From NCBI RefSeq assembly GCF_000008625.1, contig NC_000918.1:1080001-1112000 (forward strand): DNA of 32,000 nt, given 5' to 3'. Positions 18,376-28,800 of the stretch are shown here, piece by piece (within the stretch, counting starts at the first letter, position 1; each line of letters starts with the position of its first letter). The stretch is from Aquifex aeolicus VF5. Lineage in GTDB: Bacteria > Aquificota > Aquificia > Aquificales > Aquificaceae. Made by a program: the position numbers and the translations under genes. Below the pieces are notes generated by a model that had not been told where the DNA came from, ran no database searches, and was given only the letters and a program-made list of their open reading frames with translations.

Positions 18376-18423
18376 GATACCACCTCCTTAACAAACTTTC
18401 TTATAAAAGAATATTATAATTTT

Positions 18424-19236
18424 TCAATCTCCGTAAACTTCCTTTTTGATCTCCTCTTCTCTTCCAAAAACGCCCATTATGTGGTATCCGTTGTCCACGT
18501 GAACGACTTCTCCCGTTATAGCCCTTGCCCAATCACTACACAGGAAAACCGCCGTATCTCCCACGTCTTCAATAGTTATAGGTTTTCCGAAGGGATTTAC
18601 CTTAGTGGTGTGTTCCATTAGGAGGTGAAAACCCGTAATACTGTAAGCGGCAAGTGTTTTCACAGGTCCCGCGGATATTGCGTTTATCCTGTGACCGTGC
18701 TTTGCTATGTCATAGGCGAGGTACCTCACGGTGCTTTCAAGGGCGGCTTTTGCTATTCCCATAACGTTGTAGTGGGGAACTACCTTTTCAGCCCCGTAGT
18801 AAGAGAGTGTAACTATAGCTCCGTTCCTACCTTCCATAAGGGGAAGGAGTTCCCTCGTGAGGGCAATCAGAGAGTAAACCGAGATGTCCATCGCTATCTT
18901 GAAACCTTCCCTTGAGGTGTCTATCACTCCTCCTTTGAATTCTTCTTTAGGGGCGTAAGCTATAGAGTGCACTATTATGTCTAAACTTCCCCAGTTTTCC
19001 TCCAAGAACTTTTTCAGATTTTTAATGTCTTCGTCGAGTGAAACGTCACACTTTACTACTAAATCGCTTCCGAATCCTTTAGCTATTTCCCTTACCCTCT
19101 TTTCGAGCTTTGGGGTAGCGTAAGTAAAGGCGAGCTGTGCTCCTTCCCTGTGAAAGGATTTCGCTATACCGTAGGCTATGCTTCTTTCGTTCGCAACCCC
19201 GGTTATTAAAGCCCTTTTTCCTTCAAGCAGTCCCAT
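18424..19236 (-). CDS. fabI: Enoyl-[acyl-carrier-protein] reductase (NADH)
   Basis: MGLLEGKRALITGVANERSIAYGIAKSFHREGA, Y-x6-K (YNVMGIAK), GRINAISAGPVKTLAAYSI-like GHRINAISAGPVKTLAA. Start at 19236 with ggggaggtg SD upstream rather than 19281. Confidence 0.96.
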   Translation of the reverse strand: MGLLEGKRALITGVANERSIAYGIAKSFHREGAQLAFTYATPKLEKRVREIAKGFGSDLVVKCDVSLDEDIKNLKKFLEENWGSLDIIVHSIAYAPKEEFKGGVIDTSREGFKIAMDISVYSLIALTRELLPLMEGRNGAIVTLSYYGAEKVVPHYNVMGIAKAALESTVRYLAYDIAKHGHRINAISAGPVKTLAAYSITGFHLLMEHTTKVNPFGKPITIEDVGDTAVFLCSDWARAITGEVVHVDNGYHIMGVFGREEEIKKEVYGD

Positions 19237-19249
19237 AAACACCTCCCCT

Positions 19250-20044
19250 TTATTTGAGAATTTCGAAAGCTTCCTCAACACTTTTTCCTTCGTGGACGAT
19301 AAGGGACATAGCCCTTACCATCTTTGCAGGGTCTTTTGCCTGGAATATGTTCCTTCCTATGGAGAGACCTGCGGCTCCTGCCTGCATAGCCCCCTGCACC
19401 ATCTCAAGGACTTCCCTTTCGGACTTCATCTTCGGTCCGCCTGCGATTACCACGGGAATGGGAGAGCCTTCAATTGCGAGCTTAAAGGTTTCAGGGTCTC
19501 CCGTGTATGGAACCTTTACTATATCAGCTCCGAGCTCGGCTCCGACCCTTGCACAGTGTGCTACGACCTTTGGATCGTACTGGTTTTCTATCTTCGGACC
19601 CCTGCCGTACACCATGGCAAGTAATGGCATCTGCCACTCTTCACAAACCTTAGAAACGTAACCGAAGTCTTTTAACATTTCCCTTTCGCCTTCAGCCCCT
19701 ATGTTCACGTGTATGGAAACGGCATCCGCTCCAAGTCTGATAGCCTCTTCTACGGTACAAACAAGGACCTTATCGTTCTTTCTGGGCGACAGATCTGTGG
19801 ATGCGGAGAGGTGAACTATTAAACCTATATCCCTGCCCCTGCCTCTGTGTCCCGCTCTGACCATACCCTTGTGGAGGACTACCGCGTTTGCACCGCCTTC
19901 AGCTACCTTTTCAACGGCTTCCCTTATGTTTACTATTCCCTCTATGGGACCCGAACTGACACCGTGATCCATGGGAACTATGATCGTTTTTCTCGTTTCC
20001 CTGTTCATTATCCTTTCGAGTCTTATCTCTTTTCCTATTCCCAT
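19250..20044 (-). CDS. Class I (DhnA-type) aldolase: fructose-bisphosphate aldolase / 2-amino-3,7-dideoxy-D-threo-hept-6-ulosonate synthase family
   Basis: [54 protein letters not shown] (Schiff-base lysine context), [38 protein letters not shown]. Confidence 0.88.
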
Positions 20045-20106
20045 TTTCTACCTCCGAGACCTTTAAAATAGTATCATACCGCCCTTTGTCGTTAAAATCA
20101 TGTTTA

Positions 20107-21069
20107 ATGTGGGTTTTGGGTGAACACGACGAGCCTTACAGAAAAGCGCGTGAAACAATACTAAAACTCGTAGGAAACACACCCCTCGTAAGAGTAAAAA
20201 AGTGTCTTCCAGAAGATATACCCGAGGACGTAGAAATCTGGGCAAAGTTAGAGAGTTTCAATCCCGGCGGTTCGGTAAAGGACAGACCTGCTCTCAGTAT
20301 GTTTCTGGACGCCTTAAAAAGGGGGCTTATTAAAGAGGGAAAAGTTGTAATAGACGCAACTTCCGGAAATACGGGAATAGCCCTCGCCATGGTTGGTGCA
20401 GCTCTCGGCGTTCCCGTGGAACTTGCCATGCCAGCAAACGTAAGTGAAGAGAGGAAGAAGATAATAAAAGCCTTCGGAGCGAAACTTTACCTTACCGATC
20501 CCCTTGAGGGTACCGATGGAGCTATCCTCTTTGTAAGGGAACTTGTTCAGAAGTACCCTGAAAAGTACGTGTACCTCGACCAATACAACAATCCAGCAAA
20601 CTGGAAAGCTCACTTTTACTCTACCGGTATAGAGATATGGAATCAAACTAAGGGGAGGATAACTCACTTCGTCGCAGGGATAGGAACAGGCGGAACGATA
20701 ATGGGAACGGGAAGGAGACTAAAGATTTACAACCCGAATATTCAAGTAATAGGAGTCCAGCCTGCGTATCCTTTTCACGGAATAGAAGGTTTAAAACACA
20801 TAGAGAGTTCAATAAAGCCGGGAATATTTGACGAGACCTTTCTGGACAGGACTATCTTCGTAGAGACGGAAGACGCCTACTACTGGGCAAGGGAGCTTGC
20901 AAAAAAGGACGCTATATTCGTAGGACAGTCATCGGGAGCGGCTCTCTGGGCATGCATTCAACTCGCAAGGGAACTTGCGAAAAAAGGTGAAAAGGGCGTA
21001 ATAGTTACCGTTTTTCCGGACGGAGGGGAGAAGTACCTCACCACGGCTCTTTTCTCTGACAAGGATTAA
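20107..21069 (+). CDS. cysM: Cysteine synthase (PLP-dependent, CysK/CysM family)
   Basis: LVGNTPLVRVKK, LESFNPGGSVKDRPALSM, DATSGNTGIALAMVGAALG, GIGTGGTIMGTGR, VGQSSGAALWA. Start at MWVLGEHDEP preferred; start not certain. Confidence 0.92.
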   Translation: MWVLGEHDEPYRKARETILKLVGNTPLVRVKKCLPEDIPEDVEIWAKLESFNPGGSVKDRPALSMFLDALKRGLIKEGKVVIDATSGNTGIALAMVGAALGVPVELAMPANVSEERKKIIKAFGAKLYLTDPLEGTDGAILFVRELVQKYPEKYVYLDQYNNPANWKAHFYSTGIEIWNQTKGRITHFVAGIGTGGTIMGTGRRLKIYNPNIQVIGVQPAYPFHGIEGLKHIESSIKPGIFDETFLDRTIFVETEDAYYWARELAKKDAIFVGQSSGAALWACIQLARELAKKGEKGVIVTVFPDGGEKYLTTALFSDKD

Positions 21070-21096
21070 TAAGTTTTTATTAGAATATCCTACATT

Positions 21097-22194
21097 ATGG
21101 GGATAATAAAACTTCTCTTCGGATTCCTGTTCCTGATCTTCGCGGTAGCCTTCACTTACTACAACCTTCACATGACGGAAGTAAAGTTCTACAATTTCTC
21201 CCTCAAACTTCCCATGTTTATATTCTTTTTCCTAAGTGTTGGCATAGGGTTCTCCATACCTACAGCTTACTTTTTACTCCGTGAAAAGGCTCTGAAGAAG
21301 AGAGAAGAAAAGATTCTCCAGCTCCTTAATTTCTTCTGGAGGGATTACTTAGGGAAAGCCTTTGACCTATTGAGGAAGTTTCTCCTTATTGAAGAATTCA
21401 TGCCCTTTTACATAAGGACGAAAAAGGAATTCGGTGAAAGTCTGGACGTTCAACTCGACCTCTACAACAAGGGTATAGCGGAGACCGCTCTCGCGGAACT
21501 CACCTTCAGGAAGGATCTGGACGAGGCGAGAATTTTACTCGAAAACGCCCTCGGTAAGAACCAGAAAAACCAGAGGGCAAGGAAAATGCTGAGAAGCATC
21601 TACATGGTTCTGGAGGACTACGACAAGGCGGAGGAACTCCAGAGACAGATCCTGAAGGAAATCGAAAAAGAAAGAAAAGTTGAGGAACAAAGGGTTCTCG
21701 CTTCTATATTGGCTGAAAAGTACTCCAGAGAAAATGAAGAAGTTATTCTGAAAGAACTCTGGAGCCTCCCCGTATCCAAGACTTCGGGAGCTCTACTTTC
21801 AAGCATGGTAAACGGCGGTGAGGTTTTTGAAGCTGCCTTTAACCTTGGAATACTTCCCGAAGTTATAAAGATCATGGAGGAGAGAAATCTTCTCCAGCCC
21901 GAGCTCCTTAACTTAATTGAAAACAACTACAGGAGTGCCGTTCCCGACTACGTTCTTTATTACGTTTACTTAAAACTCAACATGAAGGAGAAACTAAAGG
22001 AATTGAACGTAACGCTTCCAGAGCTCAAACTCGTTAAAGACAAGTCTCCCGAACTTCTTGAACTTGTTGATATCTGGGAGTGTGAAGAGTGCGGAAAAGA
22101 GTACAATAAATACACGAGCGTTTGCAGGAATTGTTTGGGGGTGAATACCTTAAAAATTAAGAGGGTGGAGGAATATGATAATAGACCACTTTAA
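21097..22194 (+). CDS. LapA/LapB-like fusion: two N-terminal TM helices, TPR-type helical region, C-terminal rubredoxin-like zinc ribbon
   Basis: MGIIKLLFGFLFLIFAVAFTYYNLHMTEVKFYNFSLKLPMFIFFFLSVGIGFSIPTAYF resembles LapA (DUF1049); helical repeats; C-terminal WECEECGKEYNKYTSVCRNCLG resembles the LapB/YciM rubredoxin-like domain. Confidence 0.8.
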   Translation: MGIIKLLFGFLFLIFAVAFTYYNLHMTEVKFYNFSLKLPMFIFFFLSVGIGFSIPTAYFLLREKALKKREEKILQLLNFFWRDYLGKAFDLLRKFLLIEEFMPFYIRTKKEFGESLDVQLDLYNKGIAETALAELTFRKDLDEARILLENALGKNQKNQRARKMLRSIYMVLEDYDKAEELQRQILKEIEKERKVEEQRVLASILAEKYSRENEEVILKELWSLPVSKTSGALLSSMVNGGEVFEAAFNLGILPEVIKIMEERNLLQPELLNLIENNYRSAVPDYVLYYVYLKLNMKEKLKELNVTLPELKLVKDKSPELLELVDIWECEECGKEYNKYTSVCRNCLGVNTLKIKRVEEYDNRPL

Positions 22195-22747
22195 AAAGAC
22201 CGTTAAGTTCAAGATCGTTTACCACGGGCCCGCCCTCGCGGGCAAAACCACAAACGTCTCCCAGATAGCCAAGCTAAAGGGGGAGGACATCCTATCTTTT
22301 AACACGAAAGAGGAGAGAACCCTTGTTTTCGACATGACAAAGGAAGAGAGGAATGTCGGAGATTTTAAAGCTTCCTTCCTCATATACACAGTTCCCGGAC
22401 AGCACATCTACTCGGACATAAGGAAGATGGTAATGAGGGGCGTCGACGGTGTAGTTTTCGTAGTGGACTCTTCTGAAGGAAGACTGAAAGAAAATAAAGA
22501 GTTCATAGAAGTTTTGAGCGAAGATCTGAAACTCTACGGAAAGGAAATTGAAAGTACCCCAATTTTGCTCCAGTACAACAAGAGGGATCTTCCCCAAGCT
22601 CTGCCCGTTGAAGTTCTTCAGAAGGAGTTAAATCCTTTTAATTTTCCTTATACCGAAGCTGTAGCCTTGGAAGGCAAGGGCGTACAGGAGACCCTTGAAG
22701 AGATTATAAACCTAGTACTGGAGAACTTCGGGAGATTAATCAAATGA
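22175..22747 (+). CDS. MglA-family Ras-like small GTPase
   Basis: P-loop GPALAGKTTN, MglA-type YTVPGQHIYSDIRKMVMRGVDGVVFVVDSS, and QYNKRDLP. Overlaps upstream CDS by 20 nt. Confidence 0.93.
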   Translation: MIIDHFKKTVKFKIVYHGPALAGKTTNVSQIAKLKGEDILSFNTKEERTLVFDMTKEERNVGDFKASFLIYTVPGQHIYSDIRKMVMRGVDGVVFVVDSSEGRLKENKEFIEVLSEDLKLYGKEIESTPILLQYNKRDLPQALPVEVLQKELNPFNFPYTEAVALEGKGVQETLEEIINLVLENFGRLIK

Positions 22748-24126
22748 TAAGCGGGGATTTAAAAGGTCCGGGAGACTTGCTAGAAATACTGTCCGGTTTC
22801 CCCGCATCCAAAAGCGGTTACCTGAACCTGATAAGCAGGAACCTTTTTCTCTCTCTAAAACTCGAAAAAAGTAAGGTTAAGGGATTTTTCACAAATTACG
22901 AGGTTAAGAGTACAAAGAATCCTTTAAACGCATTAACCTTCGTACTTTCCGAAATGCTCTCCGACACGGAAGGTTACTTCTCCTTCGAGGAAAACACGGC
23001 GATAAGCGAATTCATTCCCGTGGACGAAGAACTCGAATCTCTGGTAATAAAAGCGACTATCGTAAGGAAGGAAATAGAGGAAATACTCCCCCTGATAATA
23101 ACTAGCAGTGCGGTTTTCACTTCGAAAAACGCGGAGTACAAAGATAGATCCCTCTTTGAAATCCTTTCAAACGCAGAAGATCCAATAGAAAAACTAAGGG
23201 AATTAAAGAATCTTCTTGAAAACGGAGAAGTAGAGGTAAAGGAACTTAAGGAAACGAGCAGTCTGGAAGAGCTGGGACTGGATTACATCCTTGAGTCCGT
23301 AGAGTACAAAAAGGTAAACCTCTTAAAGATACTGGAAGCTCTCAGAAACATGAAATTTACTGGATTTCTTGAAATAGAGGGTGACAGGAAAACGCTGTAC
23401 ACCTTCTTCAAGAAGGGAGAGATATTCGGTATTCATCCCGTGTCCGTGGAGATATTCGACTACCTCATGGAGTACTACAGTGAGTTTAAAGCGAGTATAG
23501 TTAAGTTAAAAGAGGAATTTGTAGAGACCTTTGCACAGGCTTTCATAGGAAAGCCCGTAATAGCCTCCGAGAGCAAGTACATATCCCTTGGAAAGTTGTT
23601 TTTAACTTTTTTGAGCTTGAGGGAAGAAGGCGTTTTAAAGATAATAAAAAATGGAGAAAGTTACATATTTATTTTCAGGAACGGAAAGCTCTTTTCCGCC
23701 AGAAAGACAAAGAGGTGGGAGGAAAACTGGAAGGTATTACTTCCCGACAGCCAATATACCTTTTTATACAGGGAAATATACTCTACTAACGTAAATTACC
23801 TCTTCTACGTATTTCTCTGGAATAAAATACTAAATGTAATAAAGAAACATTCCCTGAGGGATTCGGAAAACTTAGTGGTGAGAAAAACCGCCGAAATACC
23901 CTTTATTTACATGAAGAACGGCAGGATAGAAGTTTTAAAGAACTTGAACAAAAAAGAAGAAGGAGAAATTCTCAAATTCCTTCTGTTTATTACGGAAAAG
24001 GTTGTGAGCGAGATAGGAAGGGAAAAGTTTGAAAAGGAAATTGAAGAAGAACTCAAACCTTACACCGAAATCCTCAGAGTCCTGAACCTATCAACCGAGA
24101 TAAGTGCGGTAGAAGAAGCCCTATGA
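22744..24126 (+). CDS. Protein with three DUF4388/PATAN-like modules
   Basis: Modules: GDLKGPGDLLEILSGFPASKSGYLNLI..., NLLKILEALRNMKFTGFLEIEGDRKTLYTFFKKGEIFGI, SLGKLFLTFLSLREEGVLKIIKNGESYIFIFRNGKLFSA. ATGA coupling to MglA gene. Confidence 0.75.
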   Translation: MISGDLKGPGDLLEILSGFPASKSGYLNLISRNLFLSLKLEKSKVKGFFTNYEVKSTKNPLNALTFVLSEMLSDTEGYFSFEENTAISEFIPVDEELESLVIKATIVRKEIEEILPLIITSSAVFTSKNAEYKDRSLFEILSNAEDPIEKLRELKNLLENGEVEVKELKETSSLEELGLDYILESVEYKKVNLLKILEALRNMKFTGFLEIEGDRKTLYTFFKKGEIFGIHPVSVEIFDYLMEYYSEFKASIVKLKEEFVETFAQAFIGKPVIASESKYISLGKLFLTFLSLREEGVLKIIKNGESYIFIFRNGKLFSARKTKRWEENWKVLLPDSQYTFLYREIYSTNVNYLFYVFLWNKILNVIKKHSLRDSENLVVRKTAEIPFIYMKNGRIEVLKNLNKKEEGEILKFLLFITEKVVSEIGREKFEKEIEEELKPYTEILRVLNLSTEISAVEEAL

Positions 24127-25787
24127 ATAATTACAGATGGCTCTATAACCTATCTAAACCTTACATTCTCTTATTCTTACTCTCGCTCCTCGGATCCCTT
24201 ATTCAGTCCTCTGGAGCCACGGCTTTAGCCCTGCTGGTCAAGCAGGTTGTGGATAACGTATTAATCCTCAAAAATCAGGAAGAGCTTTTAAAGTACGTTC
24301 TCCTCTTGTTCTCAAGTGCCCTAATAATACAGGTGGGCTTCTTTATCTCCTCCTTTACGCTATCTTACATATCCGAAAAGGTAATATACTCCCTCAGAAA
24401 CGAGATTTACGAAAAGCTCCTGTACGCACCCATAAACTACGTTCTCTACACGCCTTCGGGGGAGCTCATAAGCAGGATAGTGAGTGACTTAGAACAGTTA
24501 AGGCAGGTTTTTGCAGATTACATACCGAAGCTACTGAGAGAACCTTTAGTAGTTCTCGCGCTCTTCGGTGTCCTCCTCTACAGGGACCTATTCCTCACCC
24601 TTTTAATCCTCCTCTTATTTCCCGTAATGGCTCTATTTACTAAGTACTTTTCTGAGAAAAAGAAGAAACACCTCTCAAGACAGAGGGAAAAGGTTGCACT
24701 CCTGACAAGTATACTCTCGGAAACCTTGAGAGGATTTGAGAACATAAAACTCTTCCTTGCGGAAAATAGATTTATAAAGGACTTCAAAGAACTGTCTTTC
24801 AGGATTTTCAGATCCTCTGTGAAGATAAACCTTTATGTGGTGGGAAATACGGTCATTAATTACACCTTTGGTTACGCCGTAGTTTCCTTGATCCTCTTTG
24901 CTGGCGGTTACAGAATAGTAAAGGGAGACATAACCACTGGAGACTTTATTTCCTTCCTGACAGCACTCTTTATGATTCAAAAACCCTTAATGGAAACTCA
25001 GAAGGCGATAATGAACCTGAGGGGCTCAGCACCTATTTTTGAAAGGATAAGGAATCTCTTGAACGTTCCAGAAGAAAAGGACGGAAGTGAAGAGTTTGAA
25101 GGTTTGAAGGAAAGGATTGAGTTCAGAGACGTGAGCGTAAAGATTAACAGAAAGGAAATTCTCAAAAACGTAAATCTTTCAGTTTACAGAGGTTCAAAAG
25201 TCGGGATTAAAGGGCACACGGGGAGCGGAAAAAGTACTTTCGTTAAATTAATTCCAAGACTCCTTGAGTACGAAGGGGAGATTTTTGTGGACCACACGGA
25301 GCTGAGGGAGTTTAAACTCAAGAGTTTGAGGGAAAAAATAGGATTTTTGAGTCAGGAAGTTATGGTATTTCGCGGAAGCGTCAGGGAGAACCTGCTCATA
25401 GCGAAACCAGACGCTACGGAAGAAGAAATGTTAAAGGCTCTAGAGCTTGCAAAGTGTGACTTTGTTCTCAATTCACCTGAAGGGCTTGACAAGTTCTTAG
25501 AAGAGGGTGGGAAGAACCTTTCTGGCGGGGAAAAACAGAGGCTTGCCCTTGCGAGGATATTCCTCAAAAACCCGGAGATAGTTATCTTGGACGAGGCTAC
25601 ATCCGCATTGGACCCGAAAACGGAAGAAGAAGTTATATACAACCTTTATAAATTTTTAAAAGAGAAAACAATTTTCGCGGTTGCACACAGGCCCTTTATT
25701 TTTAACTTCTGCGACGTGATACTTGAGTTTGAAGGGGGGAGACTTAAAGAGTTTTCCACTTCTAAAGAAAATTCTATTAAATTATAA
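24123..25787 (+). CDS. ABC exporter (TM + NBD), MsbA-like / multidrug-lipid exporter family
   Basis: Six-TM half-transporter N-terminus; GHTGSGKSTF, GGKNLSGGEKQRLALARIFL, PEIVILDEATSALD. ATGA coupling to upstream gene. Confidence 0.92.
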   Translation: MNNYRWLYNLSKPYILLFLLSLLGSLIQSSGATALALLVKQVVDNVLILKNQEELLKYVLLLFSSALIIQVGFFISSFTLSYISEKVIYSLRNEIYEKLLYAPINYVLYTPSGELISRIVSDLEQLRQVFADYIPKLLREPLVVLALFGVLLYRDLFLTLLILLLFPVMALFTKYFSEKKKKHLSRQREKVALLTSILSETLRGFENIKLFLAENRFIKDFKELSFRIFRSSVKINLYVVGNTVINYTFGYAVVSLILFAGGYRIVKGDITTGDFISFLTALFMIQKPLMETQKAIMNLRGSAPIFERIRNLLNVPEEKDGSEEFEGLKERIEFRDVSVKINRKEILKNVNLSVYRGSKVGIKGHTGSGKSTFVKLIPRLLEYEGEIFVDHTELREFKLKSLREKIGFLSQEVMVFRGSVRENLLIAKPDATEEEMLKALELAKCDFVLNSPEGLDKFLEEGGKNLSGGEKQRLALARIFLKNPEIVILDEATSALDPKTEEEVIYNLYKFLKEKTIFAVAHRPFIFNFCDVILEFEGGRLKEFSTSKENSIKL

Positions 25788-25817
25788 ATACTCTCAAAAC
25801 TCTTAAGGGGTGGCAGA

Positions 25818-28800
25818 ATGTGGCAGGAATACGATAGCTGCGGTGTAGGGTTCGTTTGTGATATATACGGAAGGAAGAGCCACGATATCTTAAAAAAAGG
25901 TATCCAGGCGGTTAAGAACTTAACTCACAGGGGTGCTATCGGAGGGGATGGAAAAACCGGAGACGGAGCGGGAATACTCACTGAAATCCCGGTAAAGTTC
26001 TTTATGAAAGAGTTTAAAAAGCTAGGGTACGAAGTTTCTTCTCCCGAAAACCTCGCGGTGGGAATGTTCTTCTTATACGAGCCAGTTGAAGACAAGGTAG
26101 AGGAAGCCTTCATAAGTGAAGGAATAAAGGTAATAGGCTGGAGGGAAGTTCCCGTAAACACGGACGCGGTCGGAAAGGTAGCCCTCAAGGTAATGCCTCA
26201 AATCAAACAGCTATTTCTCGATATGAAGAACATCCCCGAAGAGGAAAGGGAATTAAGACTCTTCTTCGCAAGGAGGAAAATAGAGAAGAAGTACGAGGAT
26301 AAGGTATACATCCCCTCCCTTTCTACGAGAACTATCGTTTACAAGGGAATGCTCGTAGCTCCCCAGCTTGATAACTTTTACCAGGACCTCTTAGATGAAG
26401 ACTACGAGACTTCCTTTGTTCTCTTTCACCAGAGGTACTCAACAAACACCCTTCCCAACTGGAGACTTGCCCAGCCCCTGAGGTACCTCGCACACAACGG
26501 TGAAATAAACACTATACAGGGCAACAGGAACTGGATGCTCACACTCCAGCACGAGCTTGAACACGAAATTCTAAAGGGAAGAGAAGACTTAATAAAGCCT
26601 TTAGTTTCCCACGAAGAGAGCGACTCCGCCTCTTTAGATAGAGTTTTTGAACTCCTCTGCCTCGTGGGCTACAAACCCGAACATGCCATGTACATGCTAA
26701 TTCCCCCCGCGTGGGAGGCCATTCCCGACCTTCCAGAAGAGGTCAGGGCTTTCCTCGAGTACGAGTCCTTACTTATGAAGCCCTGGGACGGTCCCGCGGC
26801 GATAGCCTTCACGGACGGTAAAGTAATAGGTGCACACCTCGACAGGAACGGTCTCAGACCCGCAAGGTACGTGATAACTGAAGAGGGTTTTATGGTTCTC
26901 GGCTCAGAAGTTGGAATGGTGGACCTCGATGATCAAAGGGTAAAGGAAAAGGGAAGACTCGGCCCTGGAGACACTATTCTCATAGAACTCGGAAAGGGAG
27001 TAATTAAGAAATCCGAAGAGATATTAAAGGAACTCGCAAATTCAAAACCCTACAAGGAGTGGCTTGACAAACATCTCCTCAGATTATCCGAAATAGAAAA
27101 CGATTACAAACTTGAAAAGCCAAAAGAAGATCCTGACAGAATAAGAAAGCTCGTAGCCTTTGGCTGGAGCGAGGAGGAGATAAAGAACCCTATCAAATAC
27201 ATGGCTGAAACCGGAAATGAAATGACCTGGGCTATGGGTGACGACACGCCCCTGCCACCCCTCTCCGAAAAGCCCCAGCTCCTCTACAGGTACTTCAAAC
27301 AGAGGTTTGCACAGGTTACAAACCCCCCCATAGACCCCATAAGAGAAAGGGCGGTAATGTCCCTCCGTATGAACCTCGGCTACAAGAGGAACTTTCTCAA
27401 AGAAACGGAAGAGCACGCAAAGAGGCTTCAGATAGACTCTCCTATACTCCTTGACTACCAGTTAAAAGCAATAGAAAACCAGAAGGAGTTTAAAGTCGTA
27501 AGGATACCCATAGCCTACCCGAAAGAGAGGAGTTACAACATAGTTGAACTTCAGGACATGGCGGGAGAGAGGAGGATATCCGAACTCATAATGGACGCCC
27601 TCTACGAGGAAATTCCCATAAATGACATGAGACTCGGTATAGAAACGCTTCAAAGGAGGGTGGAAGAAGCAGTAAGGGAAGGGGCGGACATAATAATCCT
27701 CTCCGACAGGTATATAAGCAAGTACAGGGTTGCCATTCCCGCACTCCTTGCACTTTCTGCGTGTGTGAAGCACCTCGCAAAACAGGGACTCGCTCATAAG
27801 GTGTCCTTTATAGTTGAGACAGGTGAGGCAAGGGACAGCCACCAGATAGCCTGCCTTATAGGTTACGGAGCGAGTGCGGTTTATCCTTATCTTGCTTACG
27901 AGGTGATTTACGAACTCTGCGAAAAGGGAGAGATAGAACTTCCATATGAAGAAGCGGTATTCAAATACAAGGAAGCACTGGAAAAGGGACTTCTCAAGAT
28001 AATGTCCAAGATGGGAATATCCACCCTCAACTCTTATCAGGGTGCTCAAATATTTGACAGCGTATGCCTCAATAAGGACTTTGTTGAAGAGTTCTTCACC
28101 GGAACTCCTGTAACCTTGGAAGCGGACGGACTGGAGGAGATAGAAGCCTCAACCCTTGCAAGGCACAACGCGGCATACGAAGTGGAAGAGCCAAAGCTTG
28201 ACATCGGCGGACACATGAAGGCGAGAAAGGGCGGAGAGTTCCACGCCTGGTCCCCCGAAGTTGTTCGTGCCCTTCACAAGTTCCTGAAGACTAAGGACTA
28301 TAAGGATTACAAGGAATTTTCCAGACTCGCAAACTCTCAGCACCCCACCTTCATAAGACACCTCCTTACCTACAAGAAAGGAAATCCCATACCCATAGAG
28401 GAAGTTGAACCAGTTGAAAGTATCCTCAGGCGTTTCGTGACTGGCGGTATGTCCCTGGGAGCTCTCTCCCCCGAAGCCCACGAGACTATAGCGGAAGCCT
28501 GCAACAGGCTCGGAATGAAGTCAAATTCCGGAGAGGGAGGGGAGGACCCGGAAAGATACTGGACAATAAAGAATTCAGCAATAAAGCAAGTTGCGAGCGG
28601 AAGGTTCGGAGTAACACCAACCTACCTCGCTTCCGCAAAGGACCTTGAAATCAAGATAGCCCAAGGTGCAAAGCCCGGAGAAGGCGGACAGCTTCCGGGA
28701 CATAAGGTAAACGAGTACATAGCGAAACTCAGACACTCCCAGCCCGGAGTTACCCTGATATCACCACCACCTCACCACGACATATACTCCATAGAGGATT

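Noticed and set aside
27462-28049. 195 aa - strand ORF inside gltB
   Set aside because: Antisense to conserved gltB domain; a chance open frame in a long gene. Same reasoning applies to the other - strand ORFs in 27084-29503.
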